The position numbers and the translations under genes were made by a program. A DNA stretch of 64,000 nt from Escherichia phage p000v: the sequence record NC_055781.1; one strand, written 5' to 3'. Positions within the stretch are counted from its first letter, which is position 1; each line of letters opens with the position of its first letter. The notes beneath the pieces are model-generated. The model worked only from the letters and a program-made list of their open reading frames with translations. It ran no database searches and had not been told where the DNA came from. Shown here piece after piece: positions 41,260-54,511 of the stretch.

Positions 41260-41529
41260 ATGACTAAAGCACGTTTCTTAAGAGATACTTTAAAAGTTCT
41301 AGAAGCTGAAGAAGTTAAGTTAGTAGAAAAATATGGTGCAAAAGTTAACGGTAATGCCTTCAACAAAGTATGGATGAAAGTTGATTCTGAAGCTCGAGCT
41401 AAAGGTTATTGGGCCACTGATAAACTTGCATCATTCAAAAACAAAGACGGTTCTCCGGCATATGTCCAAGAAGGTATGCCTAATTGGCAAAATATTTTGA
41501 AAACTTACATCGAAATTGCACAGAAATAA
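41260..41529 (+). CDS. Hypothetical early protein inserted antisense between capsid genes 23 and 24
   Basis: 89-aa ORF with early promoter, RBS GAGGAG and downstream hairpin; no motif recognised. Confidence 0.5.
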   Translation: MTKARFLRDTLKVLEAEEVKLVEKYGAKVNGNAFNKVWMKVDSEARAKGYWATDKLASFKNKDGSPAYVQEGMPNWQNILKTYIEIAQK

Positions 41530-41533
41530 AACC

Positions 41534-41558
41534 AAAAAATGGGAGACCGAAGTCTCCC
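41534..41558 (-). terminator. Intrinsic terminator of gene 23 (hairpin shared with the + strand ORF)
   Basis: GGGAGAC-CGAA-GTCTCCC; on - strand followed by U-run (+ strand AAAAAA at 41534..41539). Confidence 0.6.
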
Positions 41559-41582
41559 AAAATAAGATTTAATCAATTAAGA

Positions 41583-43151
41583 TTAGATGCCTTTTACATA
41601 TACACGGCGGAAGTAAGCGTTCTTACCAAGGCTGTTCAGGATAGACGGCATACCGGACTGGATGCGAGCACCTGGAGCCTGCAGGGAACTTTCAGCAAAC
41701 GGGTTAACACCGATACCGTAACGAGTTTTAAAGCCCATTACCGGCTGGAAGTTCTTAGGATCGGAACCACGCAGTGGGGTAAGTGCAACGTAAGGAGCAT
41801 AGTAAATACCTGCATCCATTTCGTTAGCGCCTTTGTAACCAACGGTGAAGTAATCCTGTTTAGCATACTGGTCGATGTATACGCGGTATTTACCACCAAG
41901 TACACCGGCAAATACAGACTTAGTAGTGTCGGTATTAAAACCAGAAGCCAGACCCTGTGCAGCGTAAGAAATACCAGTATCAACTGAAGCCAGTACGTTA
42001 ACTACGTTACGGGAAGCGATAATGAAGTTACCTTCACCACGGCCGGTTTGACGAGCAATTTCAACTGCTTCTTTATCAATCTGGAACAATAGAGATTTAA
42101 AGCTTTCACCGGCCCAACGAGCACCACGGATATCAATCGGGTCCTGGAAGTCAAATACACCAGCTTTAGAACCCGGAGTCAGGGTCATACCAGATTTACC
42201 AACCTGTGCTGAGTAGTTAATCCAATCAACAACTTCACGGTTGATTTCTAGCATAATTTCTGTAGCCAGAATACCGCTCAGTTCAGCATCAGCATCCATA
42301 CCGTGTACTGCACGGAGGTCTTGTGCTAATTCGATAGAGTAAGCAGCTTTCAGCTGGCGAGATTTAGCTTCGATAACTTGTTTATCGATACGGAAGCCCA
42401 TTTCATTCCATGGGTTATCGGTAGAACCGTTGAAACCTTCCTGGAGTTCAGCGATAGAAGTAGCCATACCTTCAGCGATTTCTACCAGTGCACCAGCTTC
42501 CATTTGTTTCTTAACTTCTGCATCTAATTTAGCAGCATCAGTTGCACCGGCATCGATTGTTACTTGAACAGAAGCTTGCAGATATACAGTACCAGTTTCC
42601 TGGAAGAAGTGAGTATAGATATCACCTACTGTGGTTTGTGTGCTAGCAGCCAGAGCTGGGAATTTCTTAGCAGCACCCTGACCAGAGAACATTGCATCCG
42701 GAGCATACATCGGATGGAAAGCTTCTTTAGCGCCAGCAGCGATAGGGTCTTTACCATATACTGCACGGAGAGCAAATACCTGACCGGTCGGGCTGTTCAT
42801 AGGCTGAACACCACAAATATCAAAAGCGATCAGATTAGGAATAGCACGACGAACCATACCCATAACTGCAGGCCCAATTTGGGTTACTGCACCAGAGGTT
42901 TGACCTGCTGCGATGTTCTGAGCATTATAACCATGGTCACCACCAATTTCAGCTTCGGTCAAGAAAGAACCAAATGCCTGAGCGATTTTCTCGTCTTTAT
43001 ATTCAGGGGATACTTCGAAATCTTTTTCCTGGTTTTCGAAGATTTTAGCGATAATAGCCTGCTTGCTATTAGCGATTTCCGGCAGGCCTTCACCTTCCAG
43101 CAGTTCTTTCCATTTGTCTACGAGCTGAGCTTTAGTTTTGATAGTAGTCAT
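41583..43151 (-). CDS. 23: Major capsid protein gp23
   Basis: 522 aa; MTTIKTKAQLVDKWKELLEGEGLPEIANSKQAIIAKIFENQEKDFEVSPEYKDEKIAQAFGSFLTEAEIGGDHGYNA... matches T4 gp23 including the propeptide region. Confidence 0.95.
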   Translation of the reverse strand: MTTIKTKAQLVDKWKELLEGEGLPEIANSKQAIIAKIFENQEKDFEVSPEYKDEKIAQAFGSFLTEAEIGGDHGYNAQNIAAGQTSGAVTQIGPAVMGMVRRAIPNLIAFDICGVQPMNSPTGQVFALRAVYGKDPIAAGAKEAFHPMYAPDAMFSGQGAAKKFPALAASTQTTVGDIYTHFFQETGTVYLQASVQVTIDAGATDAAKLDAEVKKQMEAGALVEIAEGMATSIAELQEGFNGSTDNPWNEMGFRIDKQVIEAKSRQLKAAYSIELAQDLRAVHGMDADAELSGILATEIMLEINREVVDWINYSAQVGKSGMTLTPGSKAGVFDFQDPIDIRGARWAGESFKSLLFQIDKEAVEIARQTGRGEGNFIIASRNVVNVLASVDTGISYAAQGLASGFNTDTTKSVFAGVLGGKYRVYIDQYAKQDYFTVGYKGANEMDAGIYYAPYVALTPLRGSDPKNFQPVMGFKTRYGIGVNPFAESSLQAPGARIQSGMPSILNSLGKNAYFRRVYVKGI

Positions 43152-43168
43152 TTGTGTTAACCTTTAAA

Positions 43169-43981
43169 TTAGAAACGAGATGCGACTTTCGCATATAAAC
43201 TTACATTAGAATTCTGTTCTACCTGAGTTGTGGTAGTGTCAACTGCTTCGGCAACAAAATTAAGACCGGCAGCGTCATTGTCAACTGTATTTATACTTTC
43301 GGTAATAGCGGCTTCTTCTTTAGTAGAACCTTTAACCATTTCTACAATAGCAGTTAACTTAGTACCAAATGCGTCAGAATAATCCATACCTTCAACCAGG
43401 CCAATAACTTTTTCTTTCTGAGATTCAGTCAGGTCTTTTACGCTTTCATTAATAGCGGTTTCACGCTGAACGTAATTGATATATGCATCACGTTTGGTAA
43501 CTTCTTCGAACAAACGAGCGGTTTCTTCTTTATGTTCGGCCAGCTCTTCTTCCATTTCTGCTACAACATCTACAGATTCTTCTGGAACAACAACGTTATG
43601 TTCAACAAACAGTTCTTTCAGACCACCAAGCATGGATTCAAACAAATCAGCTTTAATGCCTTTATCAACTGCGATTTGGTTTTCTGCGAGCCATTCTTTT
43701 GCAAGATGGTCCATGAATTTAGAAGCTTGTTCAGCCAATTTTTTATCAGCTTTCTCTTCAGCATCTTCTTTAGCCTTTTCAACTTCTTCTTCGGCTTTTT
43801 CGGCGATAGCTTTGATATGAGATTCAGCTAGTTTGACTGCTTCCTGCTTAACGGTGGCTTCGAATACAGTGCTGAAATTAGCTTTAACGTCCGGAGACAG
43901 TTCTACTGATTCGAAAACACTATTAAGAGCAACTGAAGTCTCGATATTCTGAGCTTCTTTCAAAAGTTGTTCTTTGATCAT
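43169..43981 (-). CDS. 22: Prohead core scaffold protein gp22
   Basis: 270 aa; highly charged helical (E/K-rich) sequence; T4 order. Confidence 0.85.
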   Translation of the reverse strand: MIKEQLLKEAQNIETSVALNSVFESVELSPDVKANFSTVFEATVKQEAVKLAESHIKAIAEKAEEEVEKAKEDAEEKADKKLAEQASKFMDHLAKEWLAENQIAVDKGIKADLFESMLGGLKELFVEHNVVVPEESVDVVAEMEEELAEHKEETARLFEEVTKRDAYINYVQRETAINESVKDLTESQKEKVIGLVEGMDYSDAFGTKLTAIVEMVKGSTKEEAAITESINTVDNDAAGLNFVAEAVDTTTTQVEQNSNVSLYAKVASRF

Positions 43982-44011
43982 TTTAGTGTCCTGTGGTTTA
44001 GATTACATTAT

Positions 44012-44019
44012 TATTTATA
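44012..44019 (-). promoter_or_regulatory. T4-type late promoter for gene 22
   Basis: + strand TATTTATA = - strand TATAAATA, 31 nt upstream of gp22 start. Confidence 0.5.
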
Positions 44020-44656
44020 ATGCTTTTAAACTCTCTGCGAGAGCTTTAAATGCTTCATCAGCACTGTTTTTGGTGATTTCCACCGAATTTTCTGATTCTG
44101 ATATTTGTTTAGGAGTAACCCAAGCATCTGGAGCAGAAGGTCCCCATACGGCATCTACGCCGACGGTTAATTTAAATCCTTCGTTCACGATACGGTACCC
44201 TTTATTGGTGTCGGTTAAAGAACCAAGACCACGAGAGGAAACACCTGGAATCCAACCAGCTCGTATATTAGCAGCTAATTTATCGCCGGGACCATGGTCG
44301 CCTTCAATAATTCTAGCGCGTCCATATACATCGTTTCCTTTCCACCACATATCTTCAATAATGATAGCGGCTTGCATAGGGTCAACATTTGCGCGAGGTG
44401 GATGGTTTAATTCTCCAAGGGCTTGTTTGGTTGCGACTTGTTCTTTAATATAGTCACTTACTGCTTTTTCCAAAACGCGTTTAGGATATAAACGTTTATT
44501 TCGGTTAACAACCTCTGCCTGAAGAAAAATACCTTCTATATAAAGCCCTGGTTTTAAGCCAGAATCTTTTCCATCATGAGATTCCAACATTGGAACGCCA
44601 TCAATAATCTCACCGGGTTGACCCCAAGTTTCAATAAGTAACTCGGGTTTATTCAT
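44015..44656 (-). CDS. 21: Prohead core protease gp21
   Basis: 213 aa; T4 size and order. Confidence 0.9.
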   Translation of the reverse strand: MNKPELLIETWGQPGEIIDGVPMLESHDGKDSGLKPGLYIEGIFLQAEVVNRNKRLYPKRVLEKAVSDYIKEQVATKQALGELNHPPRANVDPMQAAIIIEDMWWKGNDVYGRARIIEGDHGPGDKLAANIRAGWIPGVSSRGLGSLTDTNKGYRIVNEGFKLTVGVDAVWGPSAPDAWVTPKQISESENSVEITKNSADEAFKALAESLKAL

Positions 44657-45081
44657 TAGCTTAATCCTAATGCTTTACGACGTTTAAGAGCTTTTTTACG
44701 CTTACGCATGCCTTTAACTTGGCCTGAAGGGTTAGCTTTTTTAGCTTTAACGACCTTACGAGCGATTTGTCTACGTTTTGCTTTAGAAAGACCGGTTGTT
44801 TGGAACGCGTTACGTTCACGAGTTTTACGGTCTTTAGTGCGGGTGACTTCACCACGAGAAGAAACATGTTTAACGATAAACTCATTTAACTGTTCTTCAT
44901 TAATAATGGAAGCCATTGCAACAGCTAAATCCGTTTCAGTTTCAAGCATGTTCTCGATAATAGTATTTATATCGTCAATATCGAGAGCAGAAGACAATGC
45001 ATCGATTCGGCCCTGTGCTTCAGGAATAAGTGCTTCGACATTTTCGAGTACCAATTCATAAGATTCAGGGATAAGATACAT
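44656..45081 (-). CDS. 68: Prohead core protein gp68
   Basis: 141 aa; basic C-terminus; T4 size and order. Confidence 0.7.
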   Translation of the reverse strand: MYLIPESYELVLENVEALIPEAQGRIDALSSALDIDDINTIIENMLETETDLAVAMASIINEEQLNEFIVKHVSSRGEVTRTKDRKTRERNAFQTTGLSKAKRRQIARKVVKAKKANPSGQVKGMRKRKKALKRRKALGLS

Positions 45082-45317
45082 TATTCATCGTCCTCATCAT
45101 CTTCGTCTTCGTCGTCATCGCCTTCATCAGCGTCGTCTTCTGAAGCTTTAGCTTTCTTTTCTTCTTCAGGTTCTTCGCCTTCAATCAAAAATTGAGAAGC
45201 GATTTCTGCTTTGCGTGCTTCAATCAAACGAACCGTTTTTTCTGCCATTGCACTTTCAAAAAACTTTCGAGTAGCAACGAGGTCGTTTGATTTAATAGCT
45301 TGAATTAAATCGTCCAT
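45081..45317 (-). CDS. 67: Prohead core protein gp67
   Basis: 78 aa with poly-acidic C-terminal tail ([18 protein letters not shown]); T4 order. Confidence 0.7.
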   Translation of the reverse strand: MDDLIQAIKSNDLVATRKFFESAMAEKTVRLIEARKAEIASQFLIEGEEPEEEKKAKASEDDADEGDDDEDEDDEDDE

Positions 45318-46888
45318 TAAAAATCCTCTTGTTCTTGGTCGGGGTCTTGGAAACGAGCCTCTTTCGACTCTTCTTCAATTTGCTTAGCCTCTTGTTCAAT
45401 TTCCTCGTCAGACATCTGAAGAATATCTTTCATAGCTGTTCTGTGAGAAATATATTTACCAATAAATGGTTCGGCCATCTGAAGCATATTAATGCGACGC
45501 TCCAGAATCTCAGCATCCTTTAATTCCGAGAAATAACTATCCCGATGAAATTTTATCTTAATATTATTTATTTCATCATTCCACTCATCTTCTGTAATAA
45601 TTCCTTTAAGAATTAAATTAGTTTTAAGCGGGTCTAGGAATATCTCTTCAAATTTATGTTGCAGCTCACGAATAAATTTACCAAATGACAATTCATCTCG
45701 TGTAATAGAAGTACCAGCATCAAACTGTATACCACCTTGGTCGCTTGGAATACGGGTAATAGGAATACGTAAAGCCATATAAAGCGCATTACGGAACCAA
45801 CGTACATCTTCCATATTTCCAGTATTATCTGCACCCGGTAATGTATCAACTTCTGTTACTGCTTTACCATCACGTCGTTGTAACCAATAATCTTCGGTCA
45901 TCGACATAATATGCTGCTGGTTTTTAATCTTGCCTGTAGTGGCATCATATGCAATACGGTTTTTCATCGTATTCATAACATGTTGCATATGTTCTGCTGC
46001 TTTTCTTGAAGGCATATTACCTGTATCAACGTACCATACACGACGATCGGGAGCACGAGTAATACGATAAATTACAACAGCATCTTCAAGAAGTTTTAAT
46101 TGGTTTGCCGGCTTAATAGCCCGATGCAAATAACCAATGATATTTTTACCACAACAATCAACTAAACCAGAATGGGCATAAACAATCGCGGCTTTAGGGA
46201 TTTTTATTTTTGTGCCAGCTTCATATATGCGACCATCACAAGCATAAGATTCGTGTGATGTGTCATAAATGAAATATTCCTTATAACCCTTGACTATTTT
46301 AACACCAGCTTCAGTGGTTGTAATAACTTCACGGACATATTGAACTTGACGTGGGTCTAAACGACGAAGCTCTTTAATACCTTCTTTAGGGCGTTTAGGG
46401 TCAATAATTTTATGGAAGAAAATTCGAGAATCTACGTACCAACGTCTAAAATGGTCTGAACCTTTACGTTGGAAAGATAAATGATTTAACACTTCGTTAA
46501 ATTCATCCAATATCATTGATTTGATATTTGGACTAAATTTTGTGTTGTCTAAATTTATAGAAACGACTTCTGTATCATCTTCATATACGATAGCATCGGA
46601 AACTATTTCAGAGACTGCATTATCCACTTCATAGTTCGTCATCAAATTTCGATACGTATCGATTAATTCACGCGTTGATTTGAGCCCTGGTTCTTGGCTA
46701 CCGAACATTCTCTGAAACATAGCATTATATGTTTGCTGTGCTTCATTTTCAGATACTTCGTATTCTTTAGCGCCGTCGTCTAATTTTGGTGTGGTGATCG
46801 ATTCTAAATTTTCTTTTTCTTGGTCTTTGTAATCACGTTCGTCCATTTTTGCCCATGGAGCAAACAAACTTAAGATATTAAATTTCAT
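45317..46888 (-). CDS. 20: Portal vertex protein gp20
   Basis: 523 aa; T4 size and order. Confidence 0.9.
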   Translation of the reverse strand: MKFNILSLFAPWAKMDERDYKDQEKENLESITTPKLDDGAKEYEVSENEAQQTYNAMFQRMFGSQEPGLKSTRELIDTYRNLMTNYEVDNAVSEIVSDAIVYEDDTEVVSINLDNTKFSPNIKSMILDEFNEVLNHLSFQRKGSDHFRRWYVDSRIFFHKIIDPKRPKEGIKELRRLDPRQVQYVREVITTTEAGVKIVKGYKEYFIYDTSHESYACDGRIYEAGTKIKIPKAAIVYAHSGLVDCCGKNIIGYLHRAIKPANQLKLLEDAVVIYRITRAPDRRVWYVDTGNMPSRKAAEHMQHVMNTMKNRIAYDATTGKIKNQQHIMSMTEDYWLQRRDGKAVTEVDTLPGADNTGNMEDVRWFRNALYMALRIPITRIPSDQGGIQFDAGTSITRDELSFGKFIRELQHKFEEIFLDPLKTNLILKGIITEDEWNDEINNIKIKFHRDSYFSELKDAEILERRINMLQMAEPFIGKYISHRTAMKDILQMSDEEIEQEAKQIEEESKEARFQDPDQEQEDF

Positions 46889-46916
46889 TGTATTCTCCGA
46901 ATGGGAATTATAGTTA

Positions 46917-46924
46917 TATTTATA
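46917..46924 (-). promoter_or_regulatory. T4-type late promoter for gene 20
   Basis: + strand TATTTATA = - strand TATAAATA, 29 nt upstream of gp20 start. Confidence 0.55.
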
Positions 46925-46972
46925 TGGACTTCTCCGTCATCACGGGAAGCTGGGGATTTCTCCCCAACCAGA

Positions 46973-47464
46973 TTATTCCCACCAATCAAGAGCAAGAGTT
47001 ACTTCGAACGTTTCAATCTCGTTATTGCTGTCCCAGTCAAGAGATACTTCGCCAACGTTAGTAGGCCACAAGCCGACAATTTCAACTTCTTTAGTGACCG
47101 TTTTAGCATCACGAGCAAATTGACGAACGATAGCAGTCTTTTTATATTCAGCAGGTTTACCACCAGTAATTTCATTACCTTGTCCTGCTGCAATACCTTG
47201 CCAATCAACAAATTTCTGACGAATGCTATGAGCATCATCGTTCATTACTGTAATAGTCCAATCATCAAATGTACGATCACCGGCCACGTTAATTTTACGG
47301 TTCATATAAGAAACAGGAACCTTTTCAACGATTGCAGCAGGAAGAGCCGTAGCACGACACTGGAAGCTAAAGTTTTGCCCAAGATAAGAGATTTCTACTT
47401 CGAACAGGTTAGGGCGAGCGAAATCACCAGATTCGAAGGCACGAGTTACGTCATCTACAAACAT
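46973..47464 (-). CDS. 19: Tail tube protein gp19
   Basis: 163 aa; T4 size and order. Confidence 0.9.
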   Translation of the reverse strand: MFVDDVTRAFESGDFARPNLFEVEISYLGQNFSFQCRATALPAAIVEKVPVSYMNRKINVAGDRTFDDWTITVMNDDAHSIRQKFVDWQGIAAGQGNEITGGKPAEYKKTAIVRQFARDAKTVTKEVEIVGLWPTNVGEVSLDWDSNNEIETFEVTLALDWWE

Positions 47465-47536
47465 ATTAGCCTCTGTAGTAATATGGGCTTAGGATTAACC
47501 GGACGCCCATAGAATTAATTTTTAAACGATATAGTA

Positions 47537-47563
47537 TATTTATATGGGCTACCGAAATAGCCC
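47537..47563 (-). promoter_or_regulatory. Hairpin (gene 18 terminator-like) followed by late promoter for gene 19
   Basis: GGGCTA-CCGAAA-TAGCCC hairpin at 47546..47563 just after gp18 stop; - strand TATAAATA at 47537..47544. Confidence 0.4.
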
Positions 47564-47576
47564 ATCAGGCGTCTTA

Positions 47577-49559
47577 TTAACCACCTACAGCACCAATCAG
47601 TTCGTCGAAATCGGCACCAGTTGCTGTTGCTACAAAGTTCAACGTAATATAATTTATCGAGCGGGCAGGTTGTAAGTAGAAAGTAGCTACAAATTCATTA
47701 CGGTCGATAACTGCTGGGGTGTTATTGGTAGTATCACAAACAACTTTAAAGTTATATACACCACCGAGAGCTTTAATACCCTGTAGATATTGAGAAGTCT
47801 CTGTACGGAAAGAAGAACGGGTAAATGCGTTGTTCAATTCAAACAGGCGATATTTAGATGCTGAACCAATGTTCGTTTTAACCATATTGAACAAACGACG
47901 AACGTTAATACGGTCAAATGGCGAAGGAACGGAAGTGGCAGTTTTATCACCATACAGAACATATCCATCACCACCGGTACCAGTAACAGGGTTAATAGCT
48001 TCCTGATACAAACGATCACGTTGTGGTTGACGAGTTTCAATTGCAAGCTTAATAACGTTAAGAATTTGTCCACGGTTATAACCGGCTGGAGACATCCAAG
48101 GCTGAGAAATATTGTCTGTGCGAGCACAAAGACCAGCGATATCAGCAGCTAATGGAACCCAACGATTCACGTCATTATATTTGTCATATTGATATTTATA
48201 GTTACCGTCAATAGCAGCATAAGTAGAACTTACATTAAAGTTATTATCAGTGTAAGTTCCTGACGCAGTACGCCAATCAACCAGATTATCAACTGCACGA
48301 TTAACAGGAATACCAACTATAGTTGAACGCGGTGGTGAGCAAAGAACCAAGCAATCTTGACGAGAATCACCAATTGCTACAACATGTTTCTGAACCGTGG
48401 AAGCAACTTCTAAAGATTCACCTGCACAAGAACCGGCAATAAACAACTGCGCATTAACAGATTCGCGGTCGGCAAACAAATCCCAAGCTTCCATTAAATC
48501 ACCAGCGTCAACCGTTTCATTAGATGATAAGCCACCACCCAGTTTGATTACGCCAGAGAAACCTTTTGGCCAACCTTGTGCCGTAGCGAAAATATAATTG
48601 CTTGCGCCTTTAGCAAAGAAATCATCAATGAAGATATTGCTACCATAAATATCTCGTTCACCGCGTTTAGTAGAAAGAACTACGCTCTGGACTACAGCAT
48701 CGTTACGACGAACGATAATTGCATATTGGTCATCAGTTTGTGGGCCATATCCAAAGATTGCTTTAGCAGTAGATGCACGAGTACCGCCATCAGGATAAAT
48801 TTTTAACTGAGCTGAAGCACCTTTGTCATAGTCTGCTTTAGATACGATTTCAATTTCGAGCTGGTCGCCAAGTTCACCAGGATAAAGAGCAACTACGCCT
48901 GGGACACCATATTTTTTAATAGATTCTTGGAAAGTTAGAGAAGTAATAGCTTCTTCTGAAGTTTCAACTTCAGTCAACAGAATACCTGAATCGGTTACGA
49001 TAGAACCAATTGTAATAACGCCAGAGAGTCCAGAAGAAGAACTGGCAACTTCGGCGGTCCAGTTAGAACCCAATGCCGGATATTCATTAATTTCTTTTGC
49101 ACGAGCAATAATTTTACCGGTCGGGATATAAATGTTAAGAATTTTACCATCGACATCAACTGAAGTGACATAACCATCTGCTTCAACAGTTTCGGTCAAA
49201 TACTTAACGATAATTTTATCACCAACTGCATAGTTACTACCAGCAGCAGAGATTGTGAATTCAATATTGCCTGCTACAGGAGATGAGTTCTTAGCAGTAT
49301 CACGATCAACTGCGCGTACAACACGAAGGTCATTACCGTATTGAAGGAAGTTCATAGCAGACATGAAATAATCTGCTGTATCCGTATTAGGAGTACCAAA
49401 CATATCAACTAATGCAACTTCATCAGTGATTTGTTTAATCTGGAATGCAGGTCCCCATTGGAATTTTCCAGCCAGGGCAGCAGTACCAGTGGAGTTATTA
49501 ACTACAGTACTCTGTACGGTAGTTTCTTTGAGCTCAACGCCCGGAGAGAGAAGTGCCAT
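47577..49559 (-). CDS. 18: Tail sheath protein gp18
   Basis: 660 aa; T4 size and order. Confidence 0.9.
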   Translation of the reverse strand: MALLSPGVELKETTVQSTVVNNSTGTAALAGKFQWGPAFQIKQITDEVALVDMFGTPNTDTADYFMSAMNFLQYGNDLRVVRAVDRDTAKNSSPVAGNIEFTISAAGSNYAVGDKIIVKYLTETVEADGYVTSVDVDGKILNIYIPTGKIIARAKEINEYPALGSNWTAEVASSSSGLSGVITIGSIVTDSGILLTEVETSEEAITSLTFQESIKKYGVPGVVALYPGELGDQLEIEIVSKADYDKGASAQLKIYPDGGTRASTAKAIFGYGPQTDDQYAIIVRRNDAVVQSVVLSTKRGERDIYGSNIFIDDFFAKGASNYIFATAQGWPKGFSGVIKLGGGLSSNETVDAGDLMEAWDLFADRESVNAQLFIAGSCAGESLEVASTVQKHVVAIGDSRQDCLVLCSPPRSTIVGIPVNRAVDNLVDWRTASGTYTDNNFNVSSTYAAIDGNYKYQYDKYNDVNRWVPLAADIAGLCARTDNISQPWMSPAGYNRGQILNVIKLAIETRQPQRDRLYQEAINPVTGTGGDGYVLYGDKTATSVPSPFDRINVRRLFNMVKTNIGSASKYRLFELNNAFTRSSFRTETSQYLQGIKALGGVYNFKVVCDTTNNTPAVIDRNEFVATFYLQPARSINYITLNFVATATGADFDELIGAVGG

Positions 49560-49586
49560 TTTAATTCCTCTTAATTTGCTTTATTT

Positions 49587-51912
<2,326 letters not shown>

Positions 51913-52737
51913 TTATTGTTTTCTAGGACCAGGAGGGGTTGGTGGAGTCGGGATTGGAATATCATGAGTATAAGTTTGTTCAACTTCACCATTCCAATCT
52001 TGTGCTTCAACGTCTCTCGGTTTAATTTCTGTATCAACTGATTCAAAAACACTGGCGGCTGTTTGAAGGTCTCGTTCATTAGCATGAAAATCAAGATAAG
52101 TCGTTTTAATAAGGCCTTCAGCTGCGCCTACCGGAGGATACATCCATCCATTTACTTCAAATGTTAATGACCACTCTAAACGTCGACGGGATAAATTATC
52201 ACCGTCTATTTGTTCATCCATTGCTGCTGCCATCCATACGACTTTAATATCCCTTTCAAATGGAATATCCTGCCCATACTGCTCAATCATAGTCGTATTA
52301 AAATGCGGCTGAAAATATGGAATAATTTGCTCAACAATTTGGAACATATCATCTTCATAACGAGTAAAGATGCTCAGTTCAAAAATCATTTTAATTGGTG
52401 ATGGGTTGTATTGGTCTACAATATCCTTAGTCGATTTACTCAAAAGAGAGTTATTCAATATATTCGTTTTAAACGTTGGGTTATAAACGAAATCTACCAT
52501 TTGGAGATTTATACGTGGTAGAATAGTTTCGACTTTAGCCACATCTTCTTGTGAGTTTATAGAGGTCCATTTATTAAGTTTCATCATAAAGTGCTCTTTA
52601 GATGCATACGTAATAGGAACTCTAATTAATTTATTGCCTGTAGACAATTGACGGTTAACTTGGATATTTGAAAACAAATCGCCCATCATTGTGATATATC
52701 GCCTGAACGACGAGTTGTAAAAATAGCCAAACATCAT
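51913..52737 (-). CDS. 15: Tail sheath stabiliser / tail completion protein gp15
   Basis: 274 aa; MMFGYFYNSSFRRYITMMGDLFSNIQ... matches T4 gp15. Confidence 0.8.
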   Translation of the reverse strand: MMFGYFYNSSFRRYITMMGDLFSNIQVNRQLSTGNKLIRVPITYASKEHFMMKLNKWTSINSQEDVAKVETILPRINLQMVDFVYNPTFKTNILNNSLLSKSTKDIVDQYNPSPIKMIFELSIFTRYEDDMFQIVEQIIPYFQPHFNTTMIEQYGQDIPFERDIKVVWMAAAMDEQIDGDNLSRRRLEWSLTFEVNGWMYPPVGAAEGLIKTTYLDFHANERDLQTAASVFESVDTEIKPRDVEAQDWNGEVEQTYTHDIPIPTPPTPPGPRKQ

Positions 52738-52786
52738 TTCTCCTAACCGGCCTTTCGACCGGTGTTTGCTTTATCTTATCTATTTA

Positions 52787-53551
52787 TTAATTCATAAACC
52801 CATCGTCAAACGGTGAATTTTGTCTACCACGGTTGTTAACTACTACGTACGGTTCAATGTATTCACTTGCCTCTGAATTGATTTGCTCAACTTCAGAATA
52901 TTCATCGATATTAATGTCATGGATACCGTCAAGATTTCTAACAGGGTTAAGTTCCAAGTCACTAAATTCAGGTATATTGATACCTTCATTTTTCTGAAGC
53001 ACCGGATTGATTTCTTCGCCAGAGTAAATAAACTTGCCTGCAGTAATTTTACGAATCGCATTTTTACCTACTTGATAGAATGGGTCATATGGTTCAACCC
53101 AGTTAATCTCAAACAAACTGTTGTCCATTGGGAAGTATATTAAATCACCTTCCTTAGGCTCCTGATTGTTGACCTGGTGTTTGAAAAGACCTGGGTTAAT
53201 AGATAATGTAACTTCGTCTTGAACTTGCATTCCGAAGTTGCTGAAGAACGATTTCGCTCCTTCATAACCTTCAAAAGAGTTCAGATATGCAGCAAATTTC
53301 CATGCTTTAGTAAATTTATTTTTAAGGTCCTCACCAAAGATAAGGTCCACAGCAACATATTCACGTGGAACATAAAAACATTCAATGCCGCGCATCTGTA
53401 TGCTTTCTGCCACTAGAACATCGGCTAATGTCTGACCATTCTCATAATTATTAAAATTGACAAATGGATTGAGGATTTCGGTCTCATTTGTCTGAGAATA
53501 CCCACCACGATTTTCTAGTTTGGCGAAAAGATTTTTATCATAAGTTGCCAT
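52787..53551 (-). CDS. 14: Neck protein gp14
   Basis: 254 aa; T4 size and order. Confidence 0.8.
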   Translation of the reverse strand: MATYDKNLFAKLENRGGYSQTNETEILNPFVNFNNYENGQTLADVLVAESIQMRGIECFYVPREYVAVDLIFGEDLKNKFTKAWKFAAYLNSFEGYEGAKSFFSNFGMQVQDEVTLSINPGLFKHQVNNQEPKEGDLIYFPMDNSLFEINWVEPYDPFYQVGKNAIRKITAGKFIYSGEEINPVLQKNEGINIPEFSDLELNPVRNLDGIHDINIDEYSEVEQINSEASEYIEPYVVVNNRGRQNSPFDDGFMN

Positions 53552-53552
53552 A

Positions 53553-54479
53553 TTAACCTACCAAAATACCTGCAGGAGGGTCCAGTAAATATAACTCTTC
53601 TCGTAAAGCTTCTTTCTCTAAACGAGCCTCTTCAATTAATCGAACACCGTCAACAGTGACACCACCAGGTAACATCATACCTTGATGTTTAGCAAGAATT
53701 TGTCCATTAAGCTCTTTAGCTAATGCAGTTGCGTAATCTTTAACCCAGCGGTTGTTATATGCGCCTTGTTTGGTTGCAGGATCTTCACCGACTCGTCGTC
53801 CGACCAAATTATGGTCTGGGTTGTCATAACGTTCAGAAATAGACCATGAATCACGAGGACCGACCTGACCATACCCTACTGTATTTCCTACCATCTTATG
53901 GGTCTCGATATAAGAGCGAACATACGATTCAACGATAATGACATCTTTCTGTCTAAAGTTACCCATTACTTTTAATTGCTCGTTTGCAGAGTTAAACCAA
54001 AAATCTGGAAGAGGAGCAATCATATCTTGAAGCATACCCATATAAGATACTAATTGAGAATAATACCCGAGGTCGGCGCCAAAAGCGTTCGGGCCGTAGA
54101 ATTTACCACAATTACTACCCATACCACCTGAAACGCCAGCCATTCCTAAAAGGAAATCAGTGAACCATGGATAAGTTGCATTACCATCCATTGAAGTAAT
54201 AGAGCCAACGTTTGTTCTTATAATTCTTGTTACAGCAAATACATTAGAACCACGCATATCAAATACGCCATGACGGTATTTTTCTTCGTCATCAACAAAA
54301 AATACATGGAAACCTTTATTCAACCCGTCAAAATGGTATTCGCCGTAAAGTTCTAACGCTCGTGAAATACAATCGTAAATTTGGTCTGTAGTTAATTCAA
54401 CATTTACAATAGGAGCGCCTAAACGACGTAATATTACATCCTTTAATTCTTTAGGGTTTTGTGCATTATAACCTGACAT
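53553..54479 (-). CDS. 13: Neck protein gp13
   Basis: 308 aa; T4 size and order. Confidence 0.8.
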   Translation of the reverse strand: MSGYNAQNPKELKDVILRRLGAPIVNVELTTDQIYDCISRALELYGEYHFDGLNKGFHVFFVDDEEKYRHGVFDMRGSNVFAVTRIIRTNVGSITSMDGNATYPWFTDFLLGMAGVSGGMGSNCGKFYGPNAFGADLGYYSQLVSYMGMLQDMIAPLPDFWFNSANEQLKVMGNFRQKDVIIVESYVRSYIETHKMVGNTVGYGQVGPRDSWSISERYDNPDHNLVGRRVGEDPATKQGAYNNRWVKDYATALAKELNGQILAKHQGMMLPGGVTVDGVRLIEEARLEKEALREELYLLDPPAGILVG

Positions 54480-54511
54480 ATAAATCCTTTAGGGCCCGAA
54501 GGCCCTTTTCA

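Noticed and set aside
41484-43160. Several + strand ORFs of 81-198 aa (41484..41987, 42564..43160) and - strand 41738..41983 inside gene 23
   Set aside because: All lie within or antisense to the strongly supported major capsid gene; low-complexity translations without start context; typical shadow ORFs
43476-43831. Two + strand ORFs with Ser- or Phe-rich low-complexity translations
   Set aside because: Antisense to gp22, whose E/K-rich repetitive coding sequence yields low-complexity reverse frames
54491-54506. Hairpin AGGGCC-CGAA-GGCCCT between wac and gene 13 as a terminator
   Set aside because: On the transcribed (-) strand it is followed by an A-rich, not U-rich, tract; more likely an mRNA stability or processing hairpin inside the late polycistronic transcript
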